DNA of 64,000 bases from a virus: IMG/VR virus record IMGVR_UViG_3300028840_002524, positions 1 through 64,000 of that record; one strand, written 5' to 3'. The translations under genes were made by a program, and so were the position numbers. The notes beneath the pieces were generated by a model. The model searched no databases and had not been told where the DNA came from. It saw only the letters and a program-made list of their open reading frames with translations. Shown piece after piece: positions 18,301-28,053 of this stretch (position 1 is its first letter; every line of letters begins with the position of its first letter).

Positions 18301-21300
18301 GTCCATCGCCGAGGGTGTGTTCGAACACCTGAACCGCCCTGTTTCTGTGTCCGTGGACGCCATAGGCGGGGGCATCCTGCGCGGGTTCGTCGAACCGACA
18401 GCCGCCCTGGAGCTCTTCGCCGAAGCCCTCACCCACTTGGGCGAGGGTACCGAGGTCGAGATCGACAAGAACGAGTCCATTTTCCGGGCCAAGGGACTCC
18501 CCGAGGGCCTCGGATGGGACACCCCCGGTGACCTATACCCGGCCGACGGACCGGAGGCCCTGGGCGAGGACAGCCTCTTCGCCCCCACGAAGGTCAAGCC
18601 CTCCGGGGAGACCGACAACCCGTCCAACCGGGCAGCGGCCTCCGCGAAAAAGGTCATGAGCAAGAACGGCCCCAAGAAGATGGCGAAGGACCCCAAGGAG
18701 GTGGGCCGGGGCGAGAAGGGGGACAAGGCCGGGGGCAAGAAGCCCAAGACCATCCCCCGCGACGCCAGCGGCGGCCCGGGTACCTCGGGCGAGTCCGATC
18801 CCTCCGCCGACTACACCAAGGCCACCGTCGGCGTGAAGGGCAGTCTCTTCACCGTCCTGGGCAAGAAGAAGGGCGAGAAGGGTCCCCAGGCAAAGGGAGG
18901 CGAGGCCAAGGGCAAGGTCGTGACGCCCGGCGTCGCCATCAAGTCCTTCGAGTGCACCTGCCCCCACTGCTCGAACAGCGTCAAGGAGAACGTGCTCAAG
19001 CGGTTCGCCCCGGCGCTCCTGGAGCAGGACCCGGTGGCCGGGGGCGGCGCGACGGCCGTATCCCCCGCCAACGACCGGCCCGGCAACATCGAGGCCCCTC
19101 CCGGAGCGGCCTCCACTCCTCCGAAGAGCGAGCCCGCCAAGGAGCCCGAGAAGCCCACGGAGGCCGACCCGACGAAACGTCAGGACGACGAGGAAGAGGG
19201 CGGTCCGACCCAGGGTCTCGTGTGCCCCTTCTGCGGGAAGGAAATCCCCCGCGACGTGCTCAAGGGCATGATGGGCGAACTCCTCGCCCAACTCGCGGCC
19301 CAGCTCCAGCAGGGCTCGACCAAGCCCGAGGAGCCCGAGGAAGAAAAGCCCGAGGATGAGGAAGAGGAGGAAGAGGAAACCCCGGAAGAGGAGCCCGCTC
19401 CCGAGCCCGAACCCGAGCAGCAACCGGCCCAGGCCCCGGCGGGCGAGACACCCCCGGCAGCCCCCATGGCCCCCGCAGCTCCGGGCAAGCCCAAGGAGTC
19501 CATCGAAGAGCGCGGACGGACGGACTTCGTGCAGCAGTTCATGGGCTTCGACATCACCTACTACAACGCCCGGCAAGGCTTCGAGGCCAACAGCGCCGAG
19601 GAGCTCCAGGACGCCATCGAGGCGCGGTATCCCGGCTCGTTCCGGGGCTACGTCCTCGACGCCGTGCGCTCTCTCATCGTCAAGGTGCCGGTGAAGCAGG
19701 CCGACAAGTTCGACCAGATGCTTCGGCAGCAACTCCTCAAGGTCAAGTCACCCTCGGTTATCTCCTCCTCGGTCCAGACCAAGGACGGCGAGCCCGTCGT
19801 GGAGACGGAGCAGGAGCCCGGGGAGCCGGTGATCGAGGCGGGAGGCTCTGGAATGGGTCGATTTCGGCAGGGAGCGCCCGTTAGGGGGACCGACAGCCTC
19901 AGCGTGGGTGACCTGCTTGTGAACGTGAGCAAGCAATTCGGCGCTGTGAACGTCGCTAGGGTTACCGATGTGGGTGGAATCGGCGGCGTTGTGACGGCCA
20001 TCTTCGTGGACCCGAACAATCCGTCGAAGAAACGGATGCCGTCGGACCGCGAGTTCGCCATCCACGACTTCGACACGAGCGACTACTTCTTCGCCGAAGG
20101 CGTCGAGTCCGAGGAGCCCATCGCCGTGGGCGAGATCGGGGTGGACAACGACGGAATCCCGGCCGGTGTCCGGGTCCGGGTCCTCGACAGCCACCGGGGG
20201 AAAGCCAAGGTGGACGCCGGGGGCCGCGTGATCGACGTGGCCGCCGAGGATGTTCTCGTGTACCCCTCGGGGTCCACAATCGAGGAGTGCCTCGCGGCCC
20301 TCGAAAGGGGCGAGTCCCTGGGGGCCGTCGCCATGCGGCGCCTCACCTCCAGGACCAAGGCCGTGCGCCTTGCGGCCCTGGGCGAGACCACCGAAGGATC
20401 TTCCGGGAAGTACCTCAGCATGTACTTCCCCAACGTCGAAGCGTGCCACAAGGCCAAGGCCGCCGTGGGCGCCCTGGGGAGCAAGATCACCGACGGCACC
20501 GAGGTATCTTTCGCCGTCGAGCCCCTGAACGGGGAGAGCACCCGGCTGCGCACCATCGCCGAGCAGCTCGGCGGCGCGGTTCTCCGGACGATCACCCCTC
20601 CGGGGCCGGTCGCGGAACAGCTCGACATCGACACCGACAGCACCGACCTGGGCGAGGTGAACAACCTTTTCCAGGGCGCTCTCGCGGACATCAAGGGGGC
20701 TCGTGACCTCCTGATCAAGGCCCAGACCGGAGACATGGCCCGCGCCGTGGCCCTCCTCAAGAGCATGGGGGCCAAGGAAAAGGTCATGAACGCCCTCCAG
20801 GGCGTGGCCGACTCCATCGAGGAGCACGGCACCAACCTCAAGGAGACCCTCGGGGCCCTCGACAAGGCCCACGACGTGTTCTCCAAGGCATACCCGGACG
20901 CCCCCAACGGGGCCCCGGAAGAGGAGCCCGCTCCCGAGAACGGCGAGATGCCACCGGCCGAAGAGCCCGCCCCCGAGAACGGGAACGGCGAGCCCATGCC
21001 GGTCGAAGAGCCTCCGGTGGAGGCGCCCCCGGCCGAGGAGCAGCCGCCCCCGGCGGTCTCCCCGCGCCCCGTCGAGTCCATGAACAAAATCCTGGGCGAG
21101 ATGCGCAGGTCGGCCCACTGGCCGCTGATCCGGTACGCTCTCTCCGAGGACGATTTCCAGACGTTCGGGAACTTCATGCGTTCCATCTCTCCCAAGATCA
21201 CGGCCCACGAGGTTTCCGCCGTGTTCGAGACCATCCAGGAAGTCACGGAGATGGACATGGCCCTCGAATCCGGGATCGTTCACGGAGCGCATTTCCTCGC

Positions 21301-21517
21301 CAAGAGCGACGTGGAAATGCCGGGGGAGATCACGGGACCGACCATGGCGGGGCAGGAGAAGCCGCGCCTCATCGGTGGGCAGACCGTTCGGGTCAAAGGC
21401 GTGTACTTCGGAGAGGACGGGAAACTCCGGGTGAACCTGGACGAACCCATCGAGATGACGGTGTACGCCGACGACATGATGACCGCCATCCAGAGCGGCC
21501 AGCTCGTGGCCGACTGA
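15368..21517 (+). CDS. Second large (2049 aa) multi-module putative head core/cargo polyprotein
   Basis: GGAGG RBS before GTG. Modules are separated by VRESVSEA, VGEA and VAEG-type linkers. Contains acidic and Pro-rich stretches plus CPHC and CPFC pairs, and shares a module with the 4019-aa protein. Confidence 0.8.
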   Translation: MPGKATLAFRLYCSLAASPKPISEFTLLNNTDLLTALHEAGAHLEADLFDALSEDSKRWVRDVVLHMEPFDLKEVDLTGKVDFDEFWSFPTDEAARSFASGLPATVDKAVRNNLVGFRGVLDQPIEQRAIKAGGQLSSYLEWHSAVNVQDTPARPMEADMNFPARLCARYDPRDVRTLAAEYPADHVMPQRENFAKFVEALGAIEPHDDFDPVLERFVKVAWPSELMDNLKAAIPSTGLNFEDLREQVSFVARHLPRTLLSLNPSDLSSHLGEHLAHELVEFIHWAFPGVSEEDPDPEGDADADGEQEADAEGDAEKAKMGESVQIEPNYALVYVSGRDDVAKLVGPAMASKEMKNWTDVDGLSNWLMYGHRIRNVGVMRPKDLGGYAIYIPKNQLSDLKMVFGELGIAESSVRVVTADDAASVAEGGVRDTLGRWYRVIKEELYNTLMVSEAEYALAWLAHKAGFRPEPSLGEFGLSSQQAATSRRAAERMHDKYPGFAGESAGAVKRLAKVRAPALQEYKPRKGKHTPKQRKHGGGNYVFPPTEKDPYGRYPMTNAAQARNALARAGACDEQSSWMKIRGISCADLKKKVANAAKKDFPSIEVGERVGEAFLDKNWVSYLIPVGETPALHKQLRAINNSQIVPKLAKKAHIRPDMIFGVETPVGFRIFVYSGNKGGVLDILQQAGIMDAYEGPCSPPVQEAYPEGDTPLTFLFRGVSADHAREWAEEWQGLGYITSFNVSSSGNDTTVSMMAGNPGQVRIAGLMLGNYIEPDDPAYGTPSEGVEESRSSALTAVTNYAGVISRTDGEGYADFAHAMADHYLSGAALPDPKLWARKYGDFDPIWADLVGEKVREILSQHGINVRESVSEAVMKSIAYIDLDKKEADRLREAYDKANPWDPSWGEQYTMESDIVDLLNKNGRFGDMRAEYGKGSDRYAMRLWVDPSHVRQLSRLLSAAYGLRVKESTALVFDSEAVLQSIAEGVFEHLNRPVSVSVDAIGGGILRGFVEPTAALELFAEALTHLGEGTEVEIDKNESIFRAKGLPEGLGWDTPGDLYPADGPEALGEDSLFAPTKVKPSGETDNPSNRAAASAKKVMSKNGPKKMAKDPKEVGRGEKGDKAGGKKPKTIPRDASGGPGTSGESDPSADYTKATVGVKGSLFTVLGKKKGEKGPQAKGGEAKGKVVTPGVAIKSFECTCPHCSNSVKENVLKRFAPALLEQDPVAGGGATAVSPANDRPGNIEAPPGAASTPPKSEPAKEPEKPTEADPTKRQDDEEEGGPTQGLVCPFCGKEIPRDVLKGMMGELLAQLAAQLQQGSTKPEEPEEEKPEDEEEEEEETPEEEPAPEPEPEQQPAQAPAGETPPAAPMAPAAPGKPKESIEERGRTDFVQQFMGFDITYYNARQGFEANSAEELQDAIEARYPGSFRGYVLDAVRSLIVKVPVKQADKFDQMLRQQLLKVKSPSVISSSVQTKDGEPVVETEQEPGEPVIEAGGSGMGRFRQGAPVRGTDSLSVGDLLVNVSKQFGAVNVARVTDVGGIGGVVTAIFVDPNNPSKKRMPSDREFAIHDFDTSDYFFAEGVESEEPIAVGEIGVDNDGIPAGVRVRVLDSHRGKAKVDAGGRVIDVAAEDVLVYPSGSTIEECLAALERGESLGAVAMRRLTSRTKAVRLAALGETTEGSSGKYLSMYFPNVEACHKAKAAVGALGSKITDGTEVSFAVEPLNGESTRLRTIAEQLGGAVLRTITPPGPVAEQLDIDTDSTDLGEVNNLFQGALADIKGARDLLIKAQTGDMARAVALLKSMGAKEKVMNALQGVADSIEEHGTNLKETLGALDKAHDVFSKAYPDAPNGAPEEEPAPENGEMPPAEEPAPENGNGEPMPVEEPPVEAPPAEEQPPPAVSPRPVESMNKILGEMRRSAHWPLIRYALSEDDFQTFGNFMRSISPKITAHEVSAVFETIQEVTEMDMALESGIVHGAHFLAKSDVEMPGEITGPTMAGQEKPRLIGGQTVRVKGVYFGEDGKLRVNLDEPIEMTVYADDMMTAIQSGQLVAD

Positions 21518-21529
21518 CCGGAGAGAAGC

Positions 21530-21868
21530 ATGATCGACGTAAAAACAAGCCTGAAATACACGGCCCCGGCCTCGGCCGCCATCGTGGTCGAATTCCGTAA
21601 CGACGGGAATCTCAACCCGTACGTGGTGGTCGAGAACAAGGATGGCGTGAACTCCATCGCCGCGAAGTACCAGGAGAGCGACGATGGTGTGACCTGGACC
21701 GACATCGCCGGTACGAACGTGAATATCGGCCCTGGCGATGCCGACGGGCAGGTGGTCGTATCGAGCAGGGCTCGCATCGCCCTCCACGCGGGAGGCAACG
21801 CGGACCTGCTATTCTCCCTCATTCGGCAGGTAAACGGAGACCCCACAGACATGGGGTGCATCACATAG
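21530..21868 (+). CDS. Hypothetical virion protein (112 aa, beta-rich)
   Basis: GGAGA RBS; lies in the head gene cluster. Confidence 0.65.
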   Translation: MIDVKTSLKYTAPASAAIVVEFRNDGNLNPYVVVENKDGVNSIAAKYQESDDGVTWTDIAGTNVNIGPGDADGQVVVSSRARIALHAGGNADLLFSLIRQVNGDPTDMGCIT

Positions 21869-21911
21869 TCTGACAGCGGCGAAAGCCGAGAACATTTTTC
21901 AGGAGGACAGG

Positions 21912-22610
21912 ATGAGCTTCAGCATCGGGTACGCGGAACACGAGGCGAAAAAGGACCAGATGAAGGTAGGCGTTCCCGGTGGGGGAGCGCCCTCGCAGCC
22001 GCAGGCGATCATCGAGTGCCCCGTGGACAGGATCGGTGGATTCCGTCTCACGAACCAGGGCGACACGGACTTCGACTACCAGCTCTGTCTCCGGGGGCTC
22101 TCCAGAGCCATCGCGGCCGAGGTGGTCGGTCCCCTGGGTTCCCAGAACTACAGGGGCGAGTTCGCGTTCAAGCAGATCACCCCGGGAACCGTGGTGATCC
22201 TCGAAGCCGCCGGTGAGACCTTCACCGACAACGGCGACGGCACGCTGACCGGCGACGCGGGCGGCACCGGCACCGTGGACTACGCGCTCGGCACCTACGA
22301 CGTGACCTTCGCGGCCGTCACCACGGGCGCCGTCACCGCCAACTACACCACCGTGGGCTGGATCCGCTACGGCGCGGCCGCCACGCTCGTGGGCGGCGGC
22401 GGAGGCCGGTACGTGGAACTCGAACCGGCTCTCGGCGATCCCTGGGCCGACGCCATCAAGGGCCACAGCCACGTGGGCATCGAAGCTTACTGCGCGGGCG
22501 GCAGCGACGATTCCCTCATGGACGTGCAGGCGACCCACTTCGGCGACGACAGCGAGTTCAAGCTGGACGAGCCCATCGAGATTCGCGGGAACCTCAACAC
22601 GACCTACTAA
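21912..22610 (+). CDS. Virion structural protein with the shared 'DNGDG...IDY' beta module
   Basis: AGGAGG RBS; ETFTDNGDGTLTGDAGGTGTVDY is nearly identical to a sheath insertion. Confidence 0.7.
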   Translation: MSFSIGYAEHEAKKDQMKVGVPGGGAPSQPQAIIECPVDRIGGFRLTNQGDTDFDYQLCLRGLSRAIAAEVVGPLGSQNYRGEFAFKQITPGTVVILEAAGETFTDNGDGTLTGDAGGTGTVDYALGTYDVTFAAVTTGAVTANYTTVGWIRYGAAATLVGGGGGRYVELEPALGDPWADAIKGHSHVGIEAYCAGGSDDSLMDVQATHFGDDSEFKLDEPIEIRGNLNTTY

Positions 22611-22694
22611 GGCCGTGTTCCGGGTACGCAAAACCGGTGAGGTGTGGCCCGGGGTTCGCCCCCGGGCACGCCCCACCTTCAACGGAGGGAAAAG

Positions 22695-23504
22695 ATGGAT
22701 AGTAGGATCGAGCGCAGGGCACGGCTCACCAAGCCCTCTCCCTACCTCCTGTTCCACCCTCCCGCCAACGCAAGAGTCTCAGCAGTCGTCCACAACCCGG
22801 CCGATCCTCCCCATATCGCGTGGGCCACTGGCCTGTGGGAGCTGGACTACGGCCTGCGGCCCACCTTCTCCGTTCAGGGAGTCCAACAGCGGCAGGGAAA
22901 CGCCATCGCCCTCGACGCCCAGGGGAGCCCCACCGTGGGACCTCCTGCGGTGCGTGAGAGCGAGTTCGCGTATCCCTACGCCTGGGCGCCTTTTGTCCCG
23001 GCCGTGCAGGGAAGCACCGTGCCGCGTGGCAAGGAGGAGGCGGCGGCCGTGATGGTGCCCCAGGACGTGGGGCCCGACGTGCGGGACTTGCGGATCCTTC
23101 GTTTCCGCTGGCGCGGAACGGTGGCCGCAGCGGTGGTGGTCGGGAGCGGCGACGGGACAGTGGGTCCCTTCACCCTGGACCTCACGAACGGTGGCCTGCT
23201 CGGCATGCCCATCGTTCCGGGGACGGTGGTGATCACGGCGCCTCTCGTGGCAGGCGGGAACGCCGTCGCGGGCGACTGGCCGTGGCCCAGAGGCGAGTGG
23301 CAACCGGAGTGCCGGTACGGCCGCATGATCGGGGATGTGGACCCGTCGGTGGATTCGATCATCGACTACGAAACGGGCCAGATCACCATCACGTTCAGCG
23401 GCCCCATCGTGAACGCCGTGGGCAATATCGTCGGCGACTACGAACACGACTACGAGCACGTGCCCCTGGACATTTTCGTGTCCTGGGATGCGGACTCCAT
23501 CTGA
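22695..23504 (+). CDS. Virion structural protein with the shared beta module
   Basis: GGAGG RBS before ATG 22695; IVPGTVVIT...GDVDPSVDSIIDYETG. Confidence 0.65.
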   Translation: MDSRIERRARLTKPSPYLLFHPPANARVSAVVHNPADPPHIAWATGLWELDYGLRPTFSVQGVQQRQGNAIALDAQGSPTVGPPAVRESEFAYPYAWAPFVPAVQGSTVPRGKEEAAAVMVPQDVGPDVRDLRILRFRWRGTVAAAVVVGSGDGTVGPFTLDLTNGGLLGMPIVPGTVVITAPLVAGGNAVAGDWPWPRGEWQPECRYGRMIGDVDPSVDSIIDYETGQITITFSGPIVNAVGNIVGDYEHDYEHVPLDIFVSWDADSI

Positions 23505-23513
23505 GAGTAGGCA

Positions 23514-23960
23514 ATGCCTCTACCCGCTCTGAAAAGTTTGGCGAAAAAATCCGGAACGTCCTTGGACCGCGCTGAGGAGCTGTGGGACAAGGCCAAGGAG
23601 CGGGCGGCCGAGGAAGGTCACAAAGAGGATTGGCCCTACGTGATGGGCATCGTGAAGAAGATGCTCGGACTCGGGGAATCCTACTCTCCAGAGGACGCCA
23701 TGCTCACCACGGAAGTGGTCGGGCAGGGAGCCGCTGAGAAGCTCCTCATGGAAAACATGCCCGCAGGCATCCGCCAGAACCTCTACCAGAAGTACATCAA
23801 CATGGAGCTTCAGTGGAGGCGGAAGCTAACGGGCCGGGACATGAATTGGAACTTCTTCCTTCGATCCCTGCGAGAAGCGGTGATGATCCTTCTCAACTGG
23901 TCCTCGGGTGAGGAAACGACGGAGAGTTTCGATTCCGGGGAACTTGGCGGAGTGATCTAA
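23514..23960 (+). CDS. Small head-associated hypothetical protein
   Basis: N-terminal helical domain LKSLAKKSG...AEELWDKAK...YVMGIVKKM followed by an LGES linker. Confidence 0.65.
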   Translation: MPLPALKSLAKKSGTSLDRAEELWDKAKERAAEEGHKEDWPYVMGIVKKMLGLGESYSPEDAMLTTEVVGQGAAEKLLMENMPAGIRQNLYQKYINMELQWRRKLTGRDMNWNFFLRSLREAVMILLNWSSGEETTESFDSGELGGVI

Positions 23961-23961
23961 C

Positions 23962-24339
23962 ATGACCAAACTCAAGCTTCCGGACATCCGGGACCTCGAC
24001 GTAGTGGGCCTCCACTACGAGCCCGGCCGGGGGCGCGAAACGGTGGTCATTCAGATTCCTTCGGAGGAAGGGGCGAGCACGTACAGGATCAACCTTCGGG
24101 AACCGGAGGAATACCAGTACATCGCCCGTCTGCCCAACGGGCGGAGGATTATCGACATTCTTCGGATCGAGGGTCACCTCGCGGTGAGACCACGAACCGG
24201 TGAGTTTTTGAAACTGGAGGATTCCGATGCCGCGTCTGCTGACGGATTCAATGCCTCTGTCGTTCAAGCTCTTGGAGCGTTCCGAGCAGGCAGACGGCCG
24301 CGTCCGCGTCCGTGGGAGATTTCAACACTGCGACCTTAA
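23962..24339 (+). CDS. Hypothetical protein
   Basis: Starts just after the previous stop; 3' end overlaps the protease gene by about 110 nt. Confidence 0.5.
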   Translation: MTKLKLPDIRDLDVVGLHYEPGRGRETVVIQIPSEEGASTYRINLREPEEYQYIARLPNGRRIIDILRIEGHLAVRPRTGEFLKLEDSDAASADGFNASVVQALGAFRAGRRPRPRPWEISTLRP

Positions 24340-26515
24340 AAACCGGAACGGTCGCGTGTATCCCCGCCGCGTGTGGGAACAGCACCTCACGAACGATGCC
24401 GACTTCATGAAGTCGATTCGGGAGGGGAAGGTGTTCGGCCACCTGGAGCACCCGGATGACGGGCGCTCGAACCTCAACCTCGCCGCCATCAAGATCGAGA
24501 ACCTGTCCATGACCTCGGAGGGCGAGGTGGTCGGCGAGCTGACCACCCTGTCCACCAGGGCGGGCAAGACGGCGGCCTCGCTGTTCAACGACGGCCTCAA
24601 GATCGGCATCTCCTCCCGGGGCCACGGCTCCGTGCAGAAGAACACCGAGGGGATCGACGAGGTGCAGGAGGATTTCATCCCCGAGGCGTTCGACCTCGTG
24701 GCCGAGCCCTCCACACCGGGCGCCGATCTCGTGAAGGAGGCGTTCGAGAGCGTTGCTCCCGTGGCCGCCCTCACCGAGGGGAAGATTCCCCAGGACGTGC
24801 GGGAGCGTGTCCGGACGGAGAACGAGCTGGCAATGCTCAACTCCAGGCTCGAAACAATGGAGCGCCTCAAGGAAGCCAAGAAGGTCACCCGCGTGACGAT
24901 CCACGAGGCGAGCGATCTCCTCTACGACCTGCACCGCAAGTTCAAGTCCGAGCTGAACGCGGCCGACTTCGTGAACCTGGAGGAGCGCATCGTGGCCGTG
25001 AAGGAGTTCTCCCGGGCCTCGTTCCCGGAGGACGATGACATCTCCATGGGGAGTTCCATGTACAGGGATGAGGAGGACGACGATCTCGACATGGACCCCG
25101 ACGACATGCCCGACGAAACCGAGTGCGGCGCCATGCGTCCCGAGATGCGCGGCCGGGTACGCTCCTACGGCGAGATGGGCGACGAGTGGACCGACGCCGA
25201 GGAGGACGACTACGACGATATGCCCGACGACATGGACGCCGACGCCTACGAGCGCGTGATCCGGTCCAGGTGGCAGCGCAACGTCCGCGAGCGCCGGGAG
25301 GCCGCCAAGAGGATCATCCTGGGTGAGATGGCCGACGAGGCCGCCGCCCGCGAGCTCGTGATCTTCATCGAGAACGACGGCGATCTCTACCGGCAGCAAC
25401 ATACGCCCATCAACAAGAACCTCATCACCAAGATGGCCCGGGGAATGTACGATTCCCGCAAGGCCGCCAAGCTTTTCGGGTACCTCGTGGACGCGGCAGC
25501 GAAGAAGTACGCCAAGGAGATGGGTTCGGGGATGCCGTGGCACAAGATGTTCGACAAGCAGACCAGGAACATGGCCGCCGTGGAACTCACAGGCACGTTC
25601 GAGGCGGAAGCCAAGGACGGAGAATTCAGCCACCTCCTGCCCAAGAAGTACGCGGGCTTCGTGCCCGAGGGCCGTAGGCGCGTACGCGAGCAGGCCACGG
25701 CCGACCTGTCCCACAGGGTCGAGGTGACCATCGACCTCACGGACCTCTCCCCGGAGCAGCGCGAGAAGTTCGACGTTTTCCGCCCTGGCGAGTCGCTCGA
25801 AACCATGGCGACCGTCGTAAAGGCGGGGCTCCCCGAGGACCTCGGCGTCACGGAGTGCGAGGGCAGGTGGCTCGACGGCGACAAAATCTGCATCGAGCTG
25901 GGCTTCACCGGCAACCCCAAGTCTCTCGCCAAGTCCGTCTCCGAGGTGATGGGCCAGAAGGTCAAGCTGGAGTCCATCACGGACGGCCGCGACCCGGGTG
26001 CCCCCATCGGGTTCACGCCCGAGGTGGTGAACCTGATCCAGGGACTCCGCGACCGCTTCCGGGCCGTATCCAGCCGGTGCGAGAAGCTGGAGACCGAGAA
26101 CCAGCGCCTCCGCGACCTGGGCGACGCCATGACCGAGCTTCACCGCCGGGAGGCGCTCCAGCGTAGGCAGGAGGAAATCCTCAAGGAACACCCGGCCCTC
26201 CAGGCCGCCCTCCCCGAGCTGAACAAGGCCCGGACGGTGGAAGAGCTGGAAGAAAAGGCGGGGGTGTTCCTGGGAATCCAGGGTCAGAACATCAATTTCC
26301 GCAAGCCCGAGGAGGACGGCGGAAAGCCCAAGAAGGACAAGAAAACCGAAGGCGCACCCAGTCACGGGAGCACCGGCGTGCAAAACGGCGTTCCTCGCCC
26401 GGGAGAGCTGGGCGGGGGCACCACCGTCACCGACGGGAACGCTCGCACCAAGGGTTCCGTGGAGGAGGGGAAGACCACGACATCGCGGCTTTCCCGACAC
26501 TACCGCACCCGCTGA
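24227..26515 (+). CDS. Prohead protease (T4 gp21-like) fused to acidic and coiled-coil scaffold-like regions
   Basis: KNRNGRVYP, GHLEHP, GISSRGHGS and FDLVAEPS are the gp21-family signature motifs; GGAGG RBS; directly upstream of the capsid gene. Confidence 0.92.
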   Translation: MPRLLTDSMPLSFKLLERSEQADGRVRVRGRFQHCDLKNRNGRVYPRRVWEQHLTNDADFMKSIREGKVFGHLEHPDDGRSNLNLAAIKIENLSMTSEGEVVGELTTLSTRAGKTAASLFNDGLKIGISSRGHGSVQKNTEGIDEVQEDFIPEAFDLVAEPSTPGADLVKEAFESVAPVAALTEGKIPQDVRERVRTENELAMLNSRLETMERLKEAKKVTRVTIHEASDLLYDLHRKFKSELNAADFVNLEERIVAVKEFSRASFPEDDDISMGSSMYRDEEDDDLDMDPDDMPDETECGAMRPEMRGRVRSYGEMGDEWTDAEEDDYDDMPDDMDADAYERVIRSRWQRNVRERREAAKRIILGEMADEAAARELVIFIENDGDLYRQQHTPINKNLITKMARGMYDSRKAAKLFGYLVDAAAKKYAKEMGSGMPWHKMFDKQTRNMAAVELTGTFEAEAKDGEFSHLLPKKYAGFVPEGRRRVREQATADLSHRVEVTIDLTDLSPEQREKFDVFRPGESLETMATVVKAGLPEDLGVTECEGRWLDGDKICIELGFTGNPKSLAKSVSEVMGQKVKLESITDGRDPGAPIGFTPEVVNLIQGLRDRFRAVSSRCEKLETENQRLRDLGDAMTELHRREALQRRQEEILKEHPALQAALPELNKARTVEELEEKAGVFLGIQGQNINFRKPEEDGGKPKKDKKTEGAPSHGSTGVQNGVPRPGELGGGTTVTDGNARTKGSVEEGKTTTSRLSRHYRTR

Positions 26516-26555
26516 CAGCAGCGCATGACCTGTTTGTGACCAGAAGGAGGAAAAA

Positions 26556-28019
26556 ATGATTCGAGGCGCGAAGAGCTCCTACGCCACGGCGGGAACCATC
26601 GACGAACGCTTCGTGGCGAAGCACAGGAGCATCGTGGAGAGGTTCAAGAACTTCTCCCTCCCGGAAATCGGGATCACCGAGTCGGAAAACCCGTTCGAGG
26701 CCATGGCCGCCAAGGCGGGCAAGGGGTCCGTGGACGACCTGAACCCCTTCGCCATGACCAAAGCCGCCATCCTCATGCAGAACTTCGTGAACGAGTCGCT
26801 GCGGCAGAACCTCGACGAAACGTCGCGGGCCAACCTGCCCACGTGGATCAAGAACGGCCTCGCGCTGATCTCGGTCACGTTCGCGGAGGACATCGTGGAC
26901 CAGCTCATCTCGGTCCAGCCGATGGCGAACAGGAAGGGCCTCGTGCACTACCTGGACATCATCACCGAGGCGAGCAAGGGCAACATCCAGGCGGGAACCC
27001 GCCTCTTCAACGCTCTCCAGGGCTTTCGGGGAACGGAGAACTACTCCTCGGAGAAGGTCGTGGGCGAGCCCATCGGCGCGGCCGGTGCGACGGACTACAA
27101 CCCGACGCTCGGCTACCGCCCGGTCATCCCCGGCACGTTCATCATGACGGACGGGGCGCTGGTCATCCGTGACGACAGGAACGGAAACCTGATCGGCGAC
27201 ATCGCGGGCGGCGGTCCCACCAACACCATCAACTACGTCACCGGCGTGGTGGACGCCCGGTTCTCGGCCGTCACCACCGGCGCGATCACGGCGAACTACG
27301 AGTACAACGTGGAAGCGGCCCTGGCGCTCCCCGAGTACGGCATCGTGCTCAGGCAGGAGTCTCTGGAAGCCCGTCCCCGTGCGCTCGGCGCCACCTGGAG
27401 CCAGCAGGCGGTGTTCGATTTCCTGAACGATTTCGGCATCGACGCGGAGCCCACCATCATCGACGCGGGGGCCCGCATCATCCAGATGGAAACCTGCAAG
27501 CACGTAATCAACTTCCTCACGAACGTCGCCGCAGGCGGCAGCGTCGTGTTCGACAACGCCCCGCCCGCCACGGCCGTTCCCTACACCCTCCACATCAAGA
27601 CGTTCTCGTTCTACGTCTCCAGGCTCCAGAACCTCATCTGGGAAAAGACCCAGACCGTTCGCCCGAACGTGCTGGTGATCTCCCCGGACATCTGGTTCAT
27701 CGTGGCCGCTCAGGACGGGTTCGAGGGCGTCACCCCGGTGGCGAACGACGGCATCGCCGGTCCGAGGAAAATCGGCACCCTCACCCGCCACGGGATCGAG
27801 GTTTTCGCCGACCCGACGTACACCCAGGAGTCGGGCGTCCTCACCTACAGGGGCCCGGAGTTCGTCTCCACGGCCGCCGTCATGGGGATGTACATCCCCC
27901 TCTACAAGAGCCCGGTGCACGTTCGCGGCTTCCGGAAGGACGTGGCGCTCCTGAGCGAGTACGCCCTTCACGCCGTGGACGACCAGCAGATCGGTCTGCT
28001 CTCGGTAATCAATCTCTGA
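26556..28019 (+). CDS. Major capsid protein (T4 gp23-like)
   Basis: ISVQPM...GLVHYL and EARPRALGATWSQQ resemble gp23 motifs; strong AAGGAGG RBS; follows the protease. Confidence 0.92.
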   Translation: MIRGAKSSYATAGTIDERFVAKHRSIVERFKNFSLPEIGITESENPFEAMAAKAGKGSVDDLNPFAMTKAAILMQNFVNESLRQNLDETSRANLPTWIKNGLALISVTFAEDIVDQLISVQPMANRKGLVHYLDIITEASKGNIQAGTRLFNALQGFRGTENYSSEKVVGEPIGAAGATDYNPTLGYRPVIPGTFIMTDGALVIRDDRNGNLIGDIAGGGPTNTINYVTGVVDARFSAVTTGAITANYEYNVEAALALPEYGIVLRQESLEARPRALGATWSQQAVFDFLNDFGIDAEPTIIDAGARIIQMETCKHVINFLTNVAAGGSVVFDNAPPATAVPYTLHIKTFSFYVSRLQNLIWEKTQTVRPNVLVISPDIWFIVAAQDGFEGVTPVANDGIAGPRKIGTLTRHGIEVFADPTYTQESGVLTYRGPEFVSTAAVMGMYIPLYKSPVHVRGFRKDVALLSEYALHAVDDQQIGLLSVINL

Positions 28020-28053
28020 TCGTGACTTGCGCGAGGCCGTAAGGGGCTGATTC

